NCBI GenBank assembly: GCA_040285825.1
Contig: JAUPSS010000003.1
Coordinates: forward strand, 1 to 64,000
Direction of reading: 5' to 3'
Source: Eukaryota sp. TZLM1-RC
Taxonomy: Eukaryota; Protista; Metamonada: BaSk clade
Length of the DNA stretch: 64,000 nucleotides
The position numbers were made by a program, and so were the translations under genes. The notes under the pieces were generated by a model, which searched no databases, had not been told where the DNA came from, and was given only the letters and a program-made list of their open reading frames with translations. Of this stretch, positions 24,575-35,879 are shown in pieces (the first letter of the stretch is position 1; every line of letters starts with the position of its first letter).

Positions 24575-26490
24575 AGGTTTAGATTTTTAAGAATGCTTTT
24601 CAATTCTGTATCTCGTTCTTCCATTTTTACCTTTGCTGCAAAGCATTTTCCTGAAGTTGAGCCTTTTTCTATTCATTTTTATGGAAAATCATCCACATTG
24701 GTCTATGAAAACTTTGACCTGCTTTCGTCTTCAGGTGTTAAACAAGGTGATCCACTAGGTCCTTTTTTTCTTTTTGTCTGGCAATTCATCCATTAATGTG
24801 CGAATTAAAAGAAAAATTCCCAGAAATAGATATTGTAGCATATATGGATGACATTTCTTTAATTGCTCCTATTACAATTCTGAAACAAATAGCAACTTTT
24901 ATTCAACAGCGTTATGAAGATATTGGTCTCTCATTGAATATCTCCAAATGTTTGATTATTGGCCATGAACCAATTGATTTTTCCATTAATCACGTCAATG
25001 TCCCCTTCATCAATTACGATCACTCTGGTTTTCGTTTTTTTGGGGTTGTTATTTCGGAAATACTGATGATGTCAAAAGCCAACTTTCGAATTTGTTGACT
25101 CAATTTGGAAATGAATTAGAATCAGTTGAAAATTTAAATATTGAAAAACATTTGAAATTGTTTTTCTAAAAATTTGTTATTCTGGAAAGTTTACTCATAT
25201 TTTGAGATCACCATCACCATTAATTACTTTGGAATTTTGTCGTATTTTTAATGAACAAAGGACCAATTTTTTGGAAAAATTATTAGAAATTGATGCATCT
25301 GAATAACGAAGCCACATTTTTTGCAGTACAGATTTTGGTGGTGTTGATCTTCAAGAATCAAACTAATTTTTAAAGCTGCATTTAATGGTGGTGGTGACAA
25401 TTTTATCTTTGAATTTGTGAATCGCTTTCCAGAAAAATTGATCTCATTGAAAACTGTGCCAGCCTTAATCTTAATTCTTTGCAACAGAAAATTGAAACTC
25501 TTTCACCAAATATCTGGTTTGAATGTTTTCCCTCTGATTCTGTGGAACTTCCTTCAAGAAGCTTGCTCTCCTTACCACTGAGTTTTGCACATTTTATTGT
25601 ACGTCTTAGCTTGGCTGAAGAAAAAAATACCGCTTTTGCAAACTTTTTGATTGACCTTGAAGACAGTTGCTCAAGTTGCCTAATCTCCCAAGTTCCCCAA
25701 CATTTATGGCCTTCTACTCAATGATCATCAATGGACCACTGCTATGAGAATGAGATGTTTCTTATGGCCTTGTTCGATACCAAATGATTTATTTTGTCGC
25801 TGCAAGAATGTGGTTACACTTTCCGATATTGGAATCTGCAAATGTTTTTATAACTTATCGCTCAATTGTTCATGATTCAGTTCGTGATCAATTTTATGCT
25901 ATGTGCAAAAGTTTCAATATAGAGTTTTTTATTGAACCGTTAGTTAATAAGCTATCCTCAGATCAAACTGATGATTTTTTTTGTAAAAGAAGAGCAGATT
26001 TAGTAGCTCCAGGGATCGATGGTGTTCCCAACGTTGTGGATGTTGTCTCAGTAGATGTCTGCAAAAATTCTGCTGCTCGTTTGGTGTATTTTGCTGATTC
26101 GCCATATTTTAACGCCGAAAAACGGAAAACAAAAAAATACGAAACACCATTGGCACAACTAGGTAGAGTCGAACATGTGAAATATCAGTTTGTGCCGTTT
26201 GCAATTTCTCTCTTTGGCAATATTGGACCTTCAGGGTTACACTTTTTTGAATACTTCAAAAAAATTTTACTGAATAGATCTCGTAAAAAAAATGAATTCC
26301 ACTTTCTGGTTAAAAAGAATTGTTTTTTGCATTTTCAAGTCTATACCAACAATGATTTCTAAAGCTCTTTTAGCTAATTGTGTAGAATATGAACGAAATT
26401 CTGTGAGTAGGTTTAGTAATAATGATGCTTGTTTGGAGGATATTGAATATTAGACAGAATTTTAGTTCAATAAAAATACAGTTTACAAAA
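24575..26490 (+). mobile_element. 5'-truncated CRE-like non-LTR retrotransposon
   Basis: LDFKNAFNSVSR, GVKQGDPLGP, AYMDDI, VHDSVRDQ and RRADL..DVVSVD motifs. AATAAA and A-rich tail at ~26468-26495. Confidence 0.9.
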
Positions 26491-26499
26491 AAACAAATT

Positions 26500-26760
26500 A
26501 CTGGGATGTAAAATGTTCCAACTTCCTGATCATGTTTATCTTAGTCCACATTATGGCGGTTTAGCTTGGACAAAGGGCTCTATTCTTACTTCATGTGCTT
26601 TTACTGGTGGATGTAGAAATGCAATATTTGAGTTTTCTGAAAAATTTGCCTATTGGGAAGATTCATTAATGACCACGCAAAGTTCTATTATTGTTGTATT
26701 AAATGAATTTCAAAAATCGATGTAGAAAGATGGAATCGATCTTTTCCCCAATCACTGAAT
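26500..26760 (+). mobile_element. Internal CRE-like fragment
   Basis: HVYLSPHYGGLAWTK..CAFTGGCRNAIFEF matches the post-RT region of the other CRE copies. Confidence 0.65.
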
Positions 26761-29199
26761 GTAATCGTGACGCCGCAAGGTCGTGTGTGCTTAATCCAAT
26801 ACCTGTTTGATAAGATGTCGACTCTCTCATTAAGATTGAAGTTTCAGATGGTTGAATAGCAAGAAAATACGTAGGAATGTCCTGTTGACTTAGTTTAAGT
26901 AGTTGATCGAGCTAGAGTTTATGGTGAGGTTTCGGTTCTTCTTGAATATTTAGTTGAATTGAATGCCTAAAAGGTCTAATTCTTTGAAATGACGTATATT
27001 CAATTCGCTCTTTGCTCTCTTCCTTTAACAGTGTGGCGAGCAGCGCTTTTGACTCTGGACGTATGACAAGAGGTTTATCCTGTAAAAATTCGGCCGTTGT
27101 CACGGCTGTGTTAGCCGTTGAGTGGGCGTTTTGGTTGGGTGGGGTAACTTCCTAATGAGTTGGATCAGGAGTGGTGTTCTAACCCGAACTCGCGTATCGT
27201 GGAGGGAGACGAGGATCTCCCCTCGTATGTGAAGAAGTGGGTGTTGATCCGAACTCGTTTGATCTTAAGTGAGGTGTAAAACACCCCCACTCGTTTGAGG
27301 AACAGTGGGATGGGTTACATTCAAACTCATTTCTTTATTTGAATTGCTTATTGTACTCAAAATTGTGTTGAGAGGAGGGTGAGAAGGGTCTCCTTTGGAA
27401 GATGTCTGGCATTATTCAGACATCTTGTGACTGTTTACAGCGCTGTTACTTTCACATGTTAGAAGTGCCTGGTACGCACAATAAGTATTGTTGCCGAGAG
27501 GCATATTCATATTTGCTAGCTGTAAGATATGGGTTAAAATTTAACCCATATCTTACCGTTAAATGAGGCTGGTTAGGCTAAAAATAATTTTACATTAACC
27601 TATATAAACTAAGCTACTAAGCAATGAAAAACCTACAAATGCTTTCATTGCAATATAACTTATTTTTGAAATACTTGCCTGAATTATTACCTTATTTTCA
27701 AACGACATATTGCTCCGACAATTAGTCTTGTTCATTTATATTGTAGACTTCACCAGTGATGTCCTTATAAGAGTCGGTGAGTTTCAATAAATGAATTTCA
27801 ATTTTGATCGTTATGACACACAAGACATCACATTTGAAGAAAGTGTATACGAATATTCAATTAATTCACAAGCTGTACCATAATTGAACACTATAATCAT
27901 AACATGGATAAAGAACAAAGAACAAAACAAGATTAAGAATGTTCATTGTGATAAAAATGTTTTCCGGTCATAGAAAATCTTATTCGATGGTATTTTGTAC
28001 TGAACAAAGAATCACAACTATGATGACTTGCCATTTGGATGTGAAAACTGATAAGAATTCTGAAATTGCGTGTTGGTTGTATTCGTAATTGTCAGCACAA
28101 CAGACACCAATTACCATTTATCATTTATATAATGGAATGTTACACCAATATAGAGTGTTGGAACAAAACTCATCCATAGGTCTAGAAAGAGCGATAGCTT
28201 GACTTGCAAAGTCCTTAAAACTTCATATTTGTCGGAACAATTTCGAAAACATGCAGTACTTGTCTTTTGACAGCATAACTTGATGATAATTTTCCTATCG
28301 CGTAATTATCTAATTAAGTTCAGAAATGCTTTACTTAGAATAAGGGAAAAAGGTAAATCTGATTCGACAGTAAGGTTCACATTAAGTGCCAGAATTGTAT
28401 CCGTTTCATTGTCAAAGATAATAGATTTAGTAGAAGGCAATAAGAGGCGGAGGACATAATGGAAGGTTGTCTAGAATCTTTAATTCTTGTTTAGTGAACT
28501 GATTGGCAGGCTGGTTACAAACATGGCGCACTAGCGTGATATCACCAGTTTTGGTGCTGTAAGTAGTACTGAGTTTCAAACCTCAAGTGTCATTACATCG
28601 AATTGTTCTATTGGTAAGATTTGTAAAATACTTCCGTATCCAAAATTTGCCAGAGTTATTGGATTTTACAAAAACTGAGGAGGTTGGAGATAAAACTTTC
28701 AAGAGTGTACTTTATGGTAGTTCAAAATATCAGTCTTCGATTATAAGTTCATCATTATAGATTTCAAATGACATAGGAATACTTTATTGGAAAGTGGACT
28801 TAATGATAATTCAGGGTATGAGTCTTCGATTGTATAGACCACACGTTCATCATCAAGGATGTCAAACGGTGTAGATGTTGTGTCACTCATTGCAAGTGTG
28901 AAGTCAATATTGGAAGAAAATCACCCCTATCAAATTCATTTTGCAAACTTCACTTTTTTATAATTTTTTATGATTTTTTTTATTTCATATTATGCTTCTT
29001 ATGAGCAACGACACAATGTTCAACAAATTGCTATAATGGTATCAACAAAAAAACAAAATGCTGAAATACAATATGCAACAAATGTTAATGAATTTGAACA
29101 CGAACCGAAGCGAAGTTTGATCAATCCTACGAATTACAAGTCACTGTTGGTTCCCGCTGCAGCGACCAAAGGAAATGCTTTTTTAAATAACAAAAACCA

Positions 29200-29620
29200 A
29201 TTTTAAACCATTACCGCATCATCATACGTGATTTGATGTTCCAACATTGAACATCCAACATCACTTCAAGTTTATAGACTCGAGAAACAATGATGTTGTT
29301 TATTGTACCGCATTAGCAGTTTGGTTCGGTGGTGAAACTTCGTCTGTCCAAGTTGCTGACGTCCAAAGCACTGAGGCTTATCAAAAATAAATGCGTTTCA
29401 TTGGTCTTAGAACTACCAGATAACGGAAGGTGACTTCTATTTCTGAATCTAAGACTAATTCCGTTGGAGTTAAATCTTGTAGCTTTCACTGGAGCTCTAA
29501 GAGATGGAAAAAGTAATGTTGTTTTGTGAACAATTATTTGGTACATTTTATAGGATAGACTTCACTAGTGATGGCCTTTGTATGCCAGTGAAATTAAATA
29601 AAAATCTCTTTTTCCTGTTT
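29200..29620 (+). pseudogene. Relic of an unidentified multicopy gene or repeat family (related copies at 27745-27800, 57720-57960 and 58109-58300 minus)
   Basis: Shared peptide FIDS.NN.V.YCTA..VW(F/Y)GGET.SVQVA and shared 3' DNA tagacttcac(t/c)agtgatg...aataaa. Confidence 0.55.
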
Positions 29621-29849
29621 TCATGTCACTAACGCAGCATCATTTTGAAACTTCTTATGATGGGGAAGACGACATCAAAAGGCAAAGTGATCCACATAGA
29701 CTAGGAATGGATACTTAAATCAAGATTAACAATGACTGATTAGTATTGTGATGTTGTCTTTTACGAGTTTCTACAAGTTGCAAAGTTGCTATCCTTGAAT
29801 GCCGAATTGCATACTCATTATGTCCCTTGTCCATTTGCATTCTCCGTAC

Positions 29850-30125
29850 ATGGTTCCCTTGGACCACTTGCTTTATCTTTCTTGAATGATTTTGTTGAAA
29901 TCCTGAAACACTGAACAGGAAGAGTTTTTGACAAGACGTTTTGGCAGAACAGAATTGTATTTGCAATCTTTAAAGGTGTCGTATCCTGGTTATCTTCTGT
30001 TATGTTATCTCTTGGTCGGTTCTATGAAAGAAAAGCTTCCAGTCAATTCTTTCTGGCTGATTTGGGGTATGAAGATATAGAATTTTAAGGTTTGTTGTTT
30101 AGTTTTTCGTTGGAATAAATAAATT
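29850..30125 (+). mobile_element. CRE-like 3' end fragment
   Basis: FLNDF...FDKTFWQNRIVFAIFKG followed by AATAAA. Confidence 0.75.
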
Positions 30126-30317
30126 TGTAAAAAACAGTTTCTACAGTATAAAAAATATGATTAATGTACTTTCAGTGTCATTGCTTCAATCATAGTACAT
30201 ATAGATACAAGGATTTAACTTGAAATGAAAAATCTCAAAGTTAATTGAGCACTTCATATTTTAGTGAAGCCGAAGAGTAATTGAAAATCAATTTTGCCTT
30301 CATTATTGTCATTCTTA

Positions 30318-33300
30318 ATGGAGGAAAACATCTATCTTCATCGTTTGATTCTTCAAAACTTCAAGTCTTATGGTGAAACTCATGTTGTTGGACCATTCAA
30401 GCAGTTTTCATCCGTCATTGGACCGGTATGCTCTTTCATTTATTTTTATCATAGAATGGTTCTGGAAAGTCCAATCTTCTTGATGCTATCTCTTTTGTTC
30501 TAGGCATACGTGCCTCTGAACTAAGAGGAAATGCCCTTCAAGATCTTATTCATCGCAAAGAAGGTGAGCAATCTGTTTCATCTTCTGCCTCTGTTACTCT
30601 GGTGCTTGTTTCTGGTACTTCTCTTACGAACCACGTTTACTCTCCTGCATCTGCCCTCCATCACCACCCCAATGAGTTTCACTTCCGTAGAACTATTGCC
30701 TTCAATGGTAAGTCTGAATATTCTATAGATGCCAAAGTTGTTTCCTTCTCAGATTACTCCTCTTTTCTTTCCCGGTTCAACATTCTAACCAAAGCTCGGA
30801 ACTTCCTAGTCTACCAAGGGGATGTTATGTCCATGGCACAAAAGTCTCCTTCAGAGCTAACCCATTTGATTGAACAAGTTTCAGGTTCTTGTGATATGGC
30901 GGATGATTATGTAAAGGCGAAAAATGCAAAAGAAGATGCTGAGAGAGAAAGTTTTTATGTTCTTAAAAGACACCGTGCACTTGTTCACGAAAGAAAGCAG
31001 TTTATGCAACAAAAAGAAGAAGCTCAAAAATGGAAGAATTTGGAAGACCAATCAGATCTGATTAAGCAAAAAATGATGCTTTTTCAAATCTATCATTTGG
31101 AACAAGATATTGCTGAAAACAAAGAAAAACTAAAGCAAATAGACATTGATGAACAACAAACCATTTTTCGGAAAAATGCCTGTCAATCCAAGTCAAAGGA
31201 AACAAAAAGAAGGCTTGCTAAATTAAACAGAAAAATAGCTGAATCTGAACGCAAGATTGAAAACCTTAATATCAAATTAAGAAAAACCAAACCAAATCTA
31301 ATTAGGGCAAAAGAAGCAGTAAAATATGCAGAAAGAAAAGTTAAAAATTCCAAAGATAACAAAACTCAGTTGGAATTAAATTTAAAAGAAAGAAGAACTG
31401 CAGTGGAAAAACTACATCGTGAGTTGGAGAAAATTGAACAAGAATTAGCTGAAACTGATGCTCAACAAGCCGATCTTGTTCAACTTTCTCTGTCCGACAC
31501 TCAAGAATTAGCAAGAACCGATCCCGCTCTGAGAGGAATTACCGATGATGATTTAAGAAAGTTCAACTCAAAAAAAGAAGAAGTTTCTCAAAAAACAATG
31601 CATATTGCTTTGGAGGCCAACAATATTAAGAAGGCCATGGATACCTTTCAATCTGAACTGGACAATTTACAAATGAAAGAGAATCATTTGAATAATAGAA
31701 AATCTGAGGTAGAAATCAATAAACAAAAACTGGAAACCAGCAAGGAAGATTTGCTTCGAAAATTGAACCATTCTGATGAATCTTTACAACAAATAGAACA
31801 AAGGATCAAAAATGGACATTCTGAACGATCAAATTTACAAGAAGAGATCTCAAAAACTGAATTAGAACTTTCTCGTTGGAACCACAAACTTGCAGACCTA
31901 GATGCTGATCACCGTCAAGCCAGAAGAGTATCTCAAGCTCAAGAAACCATCTCAACTCTACAAGGCCTATTGTCTGGGGTGTTTGGCTCAATCCATGAAC
32001 TTATTACCCCTATTGACAAGAAATTTACTCTTGCGTGCACTGTTGCTTTGGGTAAACACTTCGATTCTATAGTGGTTGATAGTCAGCGAACTGCGGTTGA
32101 GTGTATCAGGTATTTGAAGGAGCAAATGAAGCCACCAATGACTTTCATTCCTTTGGATAGAATATCTCCTCCTGCAATCGACCATTCTCTCAGAAGTTTG
32201 GGACCTAATGTGAACCTTTGTTATGATTTATTAAACTTTGATCGGAAGTTCTCCTCAGCTGTCCAGTTTGTTGTCGAGAATACACTAATTGTGGACAACT
32301 ATCAAGCTGCGGTACGTTTGCAATCCGAAATGATCCACAAAAAGAAAATTGTTACTTTGGATGGTTCATTATTTTCTAAGAATGGATTTATTACCGGGGG
32401 ATCTGCTGAAAGTTTCAATCAGAAAGCCAATACATGGAATTTAAAAGAAATCCAAGGAATTAAAAAACAAATAGAATATTTTTCTAAAAAATTGCAAGAA
32501 TTGTACAGACAACAAAGAAATTTTTCTTCTTTTGATAACAGCAACCTTATTGGGGAACGTGCAAGGGTCATGCAAATCAAAAGAAATTTATCAGCCGAAA
32601 TCAAAATAATTGATGATAAGTTGCAGCAAGCTTCAACCAATTTAGCTAACGTCACCAAGGAACTCACCCAAGCTGAAACAATCAAACAAGAAATTTTGGA
32701 TCATTATGATTCAAAGAAGGAACTACATTCAGCTGTAATGAGGAAGGTCCTTTCAACAGAGGCGGCAGTATTTTGCCTACCAATAGCTGTTGTTAGGGGT
32801 TTGCGGGCTGCTGAAGACCTTAAGGTCAACATGTCACGTGATCTTAGTTCAAAAAGGTCAGGACTTGAGGAGAAAAAGACGAGAATTGCACAACGACTTC
32901 GATATGAAGAAGCCAGAACAAGTGAGTCAAATCTTTTGCACATTGAACAACAATTACGTAACGATGAACTTGAATTGGAAAGAGTCAAAAGTCAATTGAA
33001 TTCAATAGAATCTAATGATAAAGATCAAGTTGATATTGTTAAAACTTACGAGGAAGAACTGTTCAAGCATCGTGATCTCCAAACAACTGCTAATACCGAA
33101 TCCTTAGAATTAATTGAAGAGGAAAGAAAATGTGCAGAGGTGTTAACCAAAATTTCAAGTTCAAAGGGTCGAACTTCATCATTGATTACATCTTTAACTG
33201 ATCAAAGGTCTGATATCTTGTTTCAAGTTGCTACACACGGAATTGTGCTGGATTTGATTGATGGAAGTCATTGGACAGGAGTTTCACTTACAAATGATGA

Positions 33301-34177
33301 AGATTTTGGTCTCTCTCAGCTTCCTTCAAGTTCTAACGTCACTTCAAGTGCTGCTGTACCTTTAGGTTCTCTTAATTTTGGACTGCTAGAGGAAGTGTTG
33401 AAAAAAAGACCTCAAAGTAAGAAACAAATGGAGAAAACTTTGGACAAATTCAGACAGGAAATTCATAATTTAACTTCTGAAATGGAAAAGTTGGCCCCTA
33501 ATATGAGAGCCAAGGACAAATTGACTGACCTAAAAAATAGAGTCAAGGAAGTTGAAGTTGAAGTTAAAGCGGTTTCTGAAAAAACAAGAAAAGCAAATGA
33601 AGATTTTAAATTAATTTCTCAAGGAAGGAACCAGTTGTTTATGGAGGCTTTTGAATTTATTGCTCAAGCTGTGGATGAATGCTATCAGAAATTAACTTTA
33701 AGGCCTAATGATATCTATGGGCGAGCCTATTTAACCTTAGAAAACAACCAAATTCCCTTTGAAGGAGGAGTTAAGTTTAATGCAATGCCTCCTTTGAAAA
33801 GATTTAGAGATATTGACCAGCTTTCTGGCGGGGAAAAAAGTCTTGCTGCATTGGCTCTACTCTTTGCCATACATTCCTACAAACCGTCACCTTTTATTGT
33901 TTTGGATGAGGTAGATGCCGCTCTTGACAAGGGAAATGTTGCACGTTTGGCCAACTTCATTGCTTTTCAAACAAGAAATAATAAGTTTCAAGCCGTGGTA
34001 ATATCTCTCAAAGATACGTTTTTCCAACACTCCAATAGTTTAGTTGGTGTTTATAAAGATTTACAAGGCCAGACCTCAAGAATTTTAAGTTTATCATTAG
34101 ATGGTTTTCCCAGCACAATTCAAGAAGTTCCGGCAGTTGAAACTAATCAAGTAGATGATGATTTGTTTAATTACTAG
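30318..34177 (+). CDS. SMC1: Structural maintenance of chromosomes protein 1 (cohesin); exons 30318-30425 and 30455-34177 (~1276 aa)
   Basis: NFKSY motif. Walker A IGP|NGSGKS is split by a 29-nt GTATG...TAG intron. NFLVYQGDV, hinge, PPLKRFRDIDQLSGGEK and LDEVDAALD follow. Confidence 0.95.
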
Positions 34178-34211
34178 CTTTTGTTTATAAAAAAGTTATT
34201 TAAAAGTACAA

Positions 34212-35621
34212 TTATTTATTCATTACAGTTAACATGTCAACACCATTTTCTCGATGTTCAACACCTATCCGTTCTTTATTACTTTCATCAATTCCACTTC
34301 CGACATTGAATTTCTTAAACTTTATTAATTGAGAGACGACATAATAAAGATAATGTTTCGGATCAGCCGTCGCTACTTTATTACGAATTCCAAGCATATG
34401 AGATGCCTCAGTCACAAAATATTCAACGTCCTTAGATCCAGAACATTTACTCATCAACTTGGCCAAATTCAGATGTTCAGAAGCCCATTCATCATCCAAG
34501 TCAAACAAGTCCAATGGTGGTGGCGAGGGCTCTTGGGCAGAAGGAATGAAAACAGCTGGAGTAAGACTGGGTAAAGGAGAGGAAAACTGTGGCTCAATTA
34601 AAGTCAAAGGTTTGTGAGACAAAGAAAGAGATTCATGAAGTTTTCCAGACATTGGTATATGTCTTGTGTCAAGAGCGAATAACTTTTCATCAATCATTCT
34701 GATTGGATCAGAAAGGTGATGAAATCCATCAATTGACTGAAGTCGAGCTTTAGGCTTAGTTGCCCAAGCCCCTATTTCCGGCACTGTGCGATGATCAGCG
34801 AGCTCAGTGGTTACCTTGAAAGAACCTACTGAACTACCTTCAAGAATTGCATCAAACACCTTGAGAGAAGCAATGTCTGTAGGATTTAAAGCAATTTGAA
34901 ACATAGCATCAGCTAATGACATATTGTTATATTGGGCAATAAAGTCGTCACAAAACATTTCAGAAGACCCAAAAACAATCAACTTTCCGAAACCAGCAGA
35001 TTCATGAAGAGGGTCAACTACTTTGGTCATGTTATCGGGCTTAATTAGACAACCAGCTATAAGGGATCTGTTGACAGGAAAAGACAAAGAACCAGACAAA
35101 ACTAATGGTAATGCAGGTGACTGAACGATGAGAGAGGCTCCGTTGGGGAAAATGACTGGGGGAAGCAAATCATCTGAATTTGGGGAACTAGAGAGAAGTG
35201 ACAACATTGAAGGTATGCAAAGGGCATCAGAAAGAACACAATTCGACGGATTAGCTTTGTCCAAGTATGTAGATCTGATAACAGTGTCAGAAGCTACAGA
35301 GATACCGTAATCTTCAAGAAAGTAGTTGATGTTTGTGCCAAGTTTGGCCTCGCCACCGCTGGAGAGGAGGACGAATATTGTGCCCCCTTGCTTGAGATAA
35401 TGATGTAGATGATCTATTTCATCACTGGTGAAATGGTCTTGTGGAGAAGAAATAACTAGTGTATTGACATCGTGGAGATTTAGTGTCGTCAAAGTATCCT
35501 TATTGACAGATACTTTGTTCGACTTGCGTAAACGTCGTACTAGACTTTTGTAGTGGTGAAACACTGAATAACGTTCGTTTTTGCTTCCATCAAAAACAAT
35601 ATGGGAGTGTGAAGAAGCCAT
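34212..35621 (-). CDS. IFT52: Intraflagellar transport protein 52
   Basis: IVFDGSKNE start, GIFT domain with GGEAKLGTNINYFLEDYGI, and C-terminal LIEPQF..PLP..PAVF..EP.PP.LDLFDLDDEWASE. Confidence 0.93.
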   Translation of the reverse strand: MASSHSHIVFDGSKNERYSVFHHYKSLVRRLRKSNKVSVNKDTLTTLNLHDVNTLVISSPQDHFTSDEIDHLHHYLKQGGTIFVLLSSGGEAKLGTNINYFLEDYGISVASDTVIRSTYLDKANPSNCVLSDALCIPSMLSLLSSSPNSDDLLPPVIFPNGASLIVQSPALPLVLSGSLSFPVNRSLIAGCLIKPDNMTKVVDPLHESAGFGKLIVFGSSEMFCDDFIAQYNNMSLADAMFQIALNPTDIASLKVFDAILEGSSVGSFKVTTELADHRTVPEIGAWATKPKARLQSIDGFHHLSDPIRMIDEKLFALDTRHIPMSGKLHESLSLSHKPLTLIEPQFSSPLPSLTPAVFIPSAQEPSPPPLDLFDLDDEWASEHLNLAKLMSKCSGSKDVEYFVTEASHMLGIRNKVATADPKHYLYYVVSQLIKFKKFNVGSGIDESNKERIGVEHRENGVDMLTVMNK

Positions 35622-35674
35622 TAGTTACAGATGATGTCTATAACAATGGAATAAGTGTCCTTTTTACACCGATG

Positions 35675-35879
35675 TAACCAGCCTTTTTAAATAGAATTCT
35701 CAAACCTTTTCCTTTGGTAGGTTCTTTGAATTTCATGTGTTTTCGTTGTTTCCAGTCTCCGAATCCATTAACTACTTGACCTGGATCACCAATTACTGAT
35801 TTGAATCTCTGGATCATCTTCGCCTCAGATCTTGTGCGATTGATCTCAGCCCACCATCTTAGTTTCCTAAATATTTTTG
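35675..35879 (-). repeat. ~205-bp duplicate of Fanzor segment 36150-36356
   Basis: Near-identical KIFRKLRWWAEINRTRSE...KAG coding sequence with several substitutions. Confidence 0.92.

Larger units (their letters stand above)
19905..27637 (-). mobile_element. Degenerate Ty3/Gypsy LTR retrotransposon (5' LTR 27489-27637, 3' LTR 19905-20012) carrying nested inserts at ~23300-26760
   Basis: Both LTRs read TGTTGC...ACCTACA on plus. A purine tract precedes the 3' LTR. Pol at 20050-23250 has RT FIYIHD, RNase H ISPDASD/LTIFTDHRN and integrase HSDYGPE/SNG..ER. A gag-like region lies at 26760-27450. Confidence 0.75.

Noticed and set aside
19894-24594. TTTAAGAAT at 19894 and 24586 as a 9-bp TSD joining two CRE halves
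   Set aside because: It simply encodes the conserved FKN motif. The left CRE actually resumes at 27638 after the Gypsy LTR, and the 24575 copy is a separate 5'-truncated insertion.
29440-29580. Helitron 3' end (helicase-like peptide plus CTAG)
   Set aside because: No convincing Rep or Pif1 motifs and no GC-rich hairpin 5' of the CTAG. The similarity is too weak.
31684-35310. Small antisense or overlapping ORFs within SMC1 and IFT52
   Set aside because: Shadow ORFs of real genes with no independent motifs.
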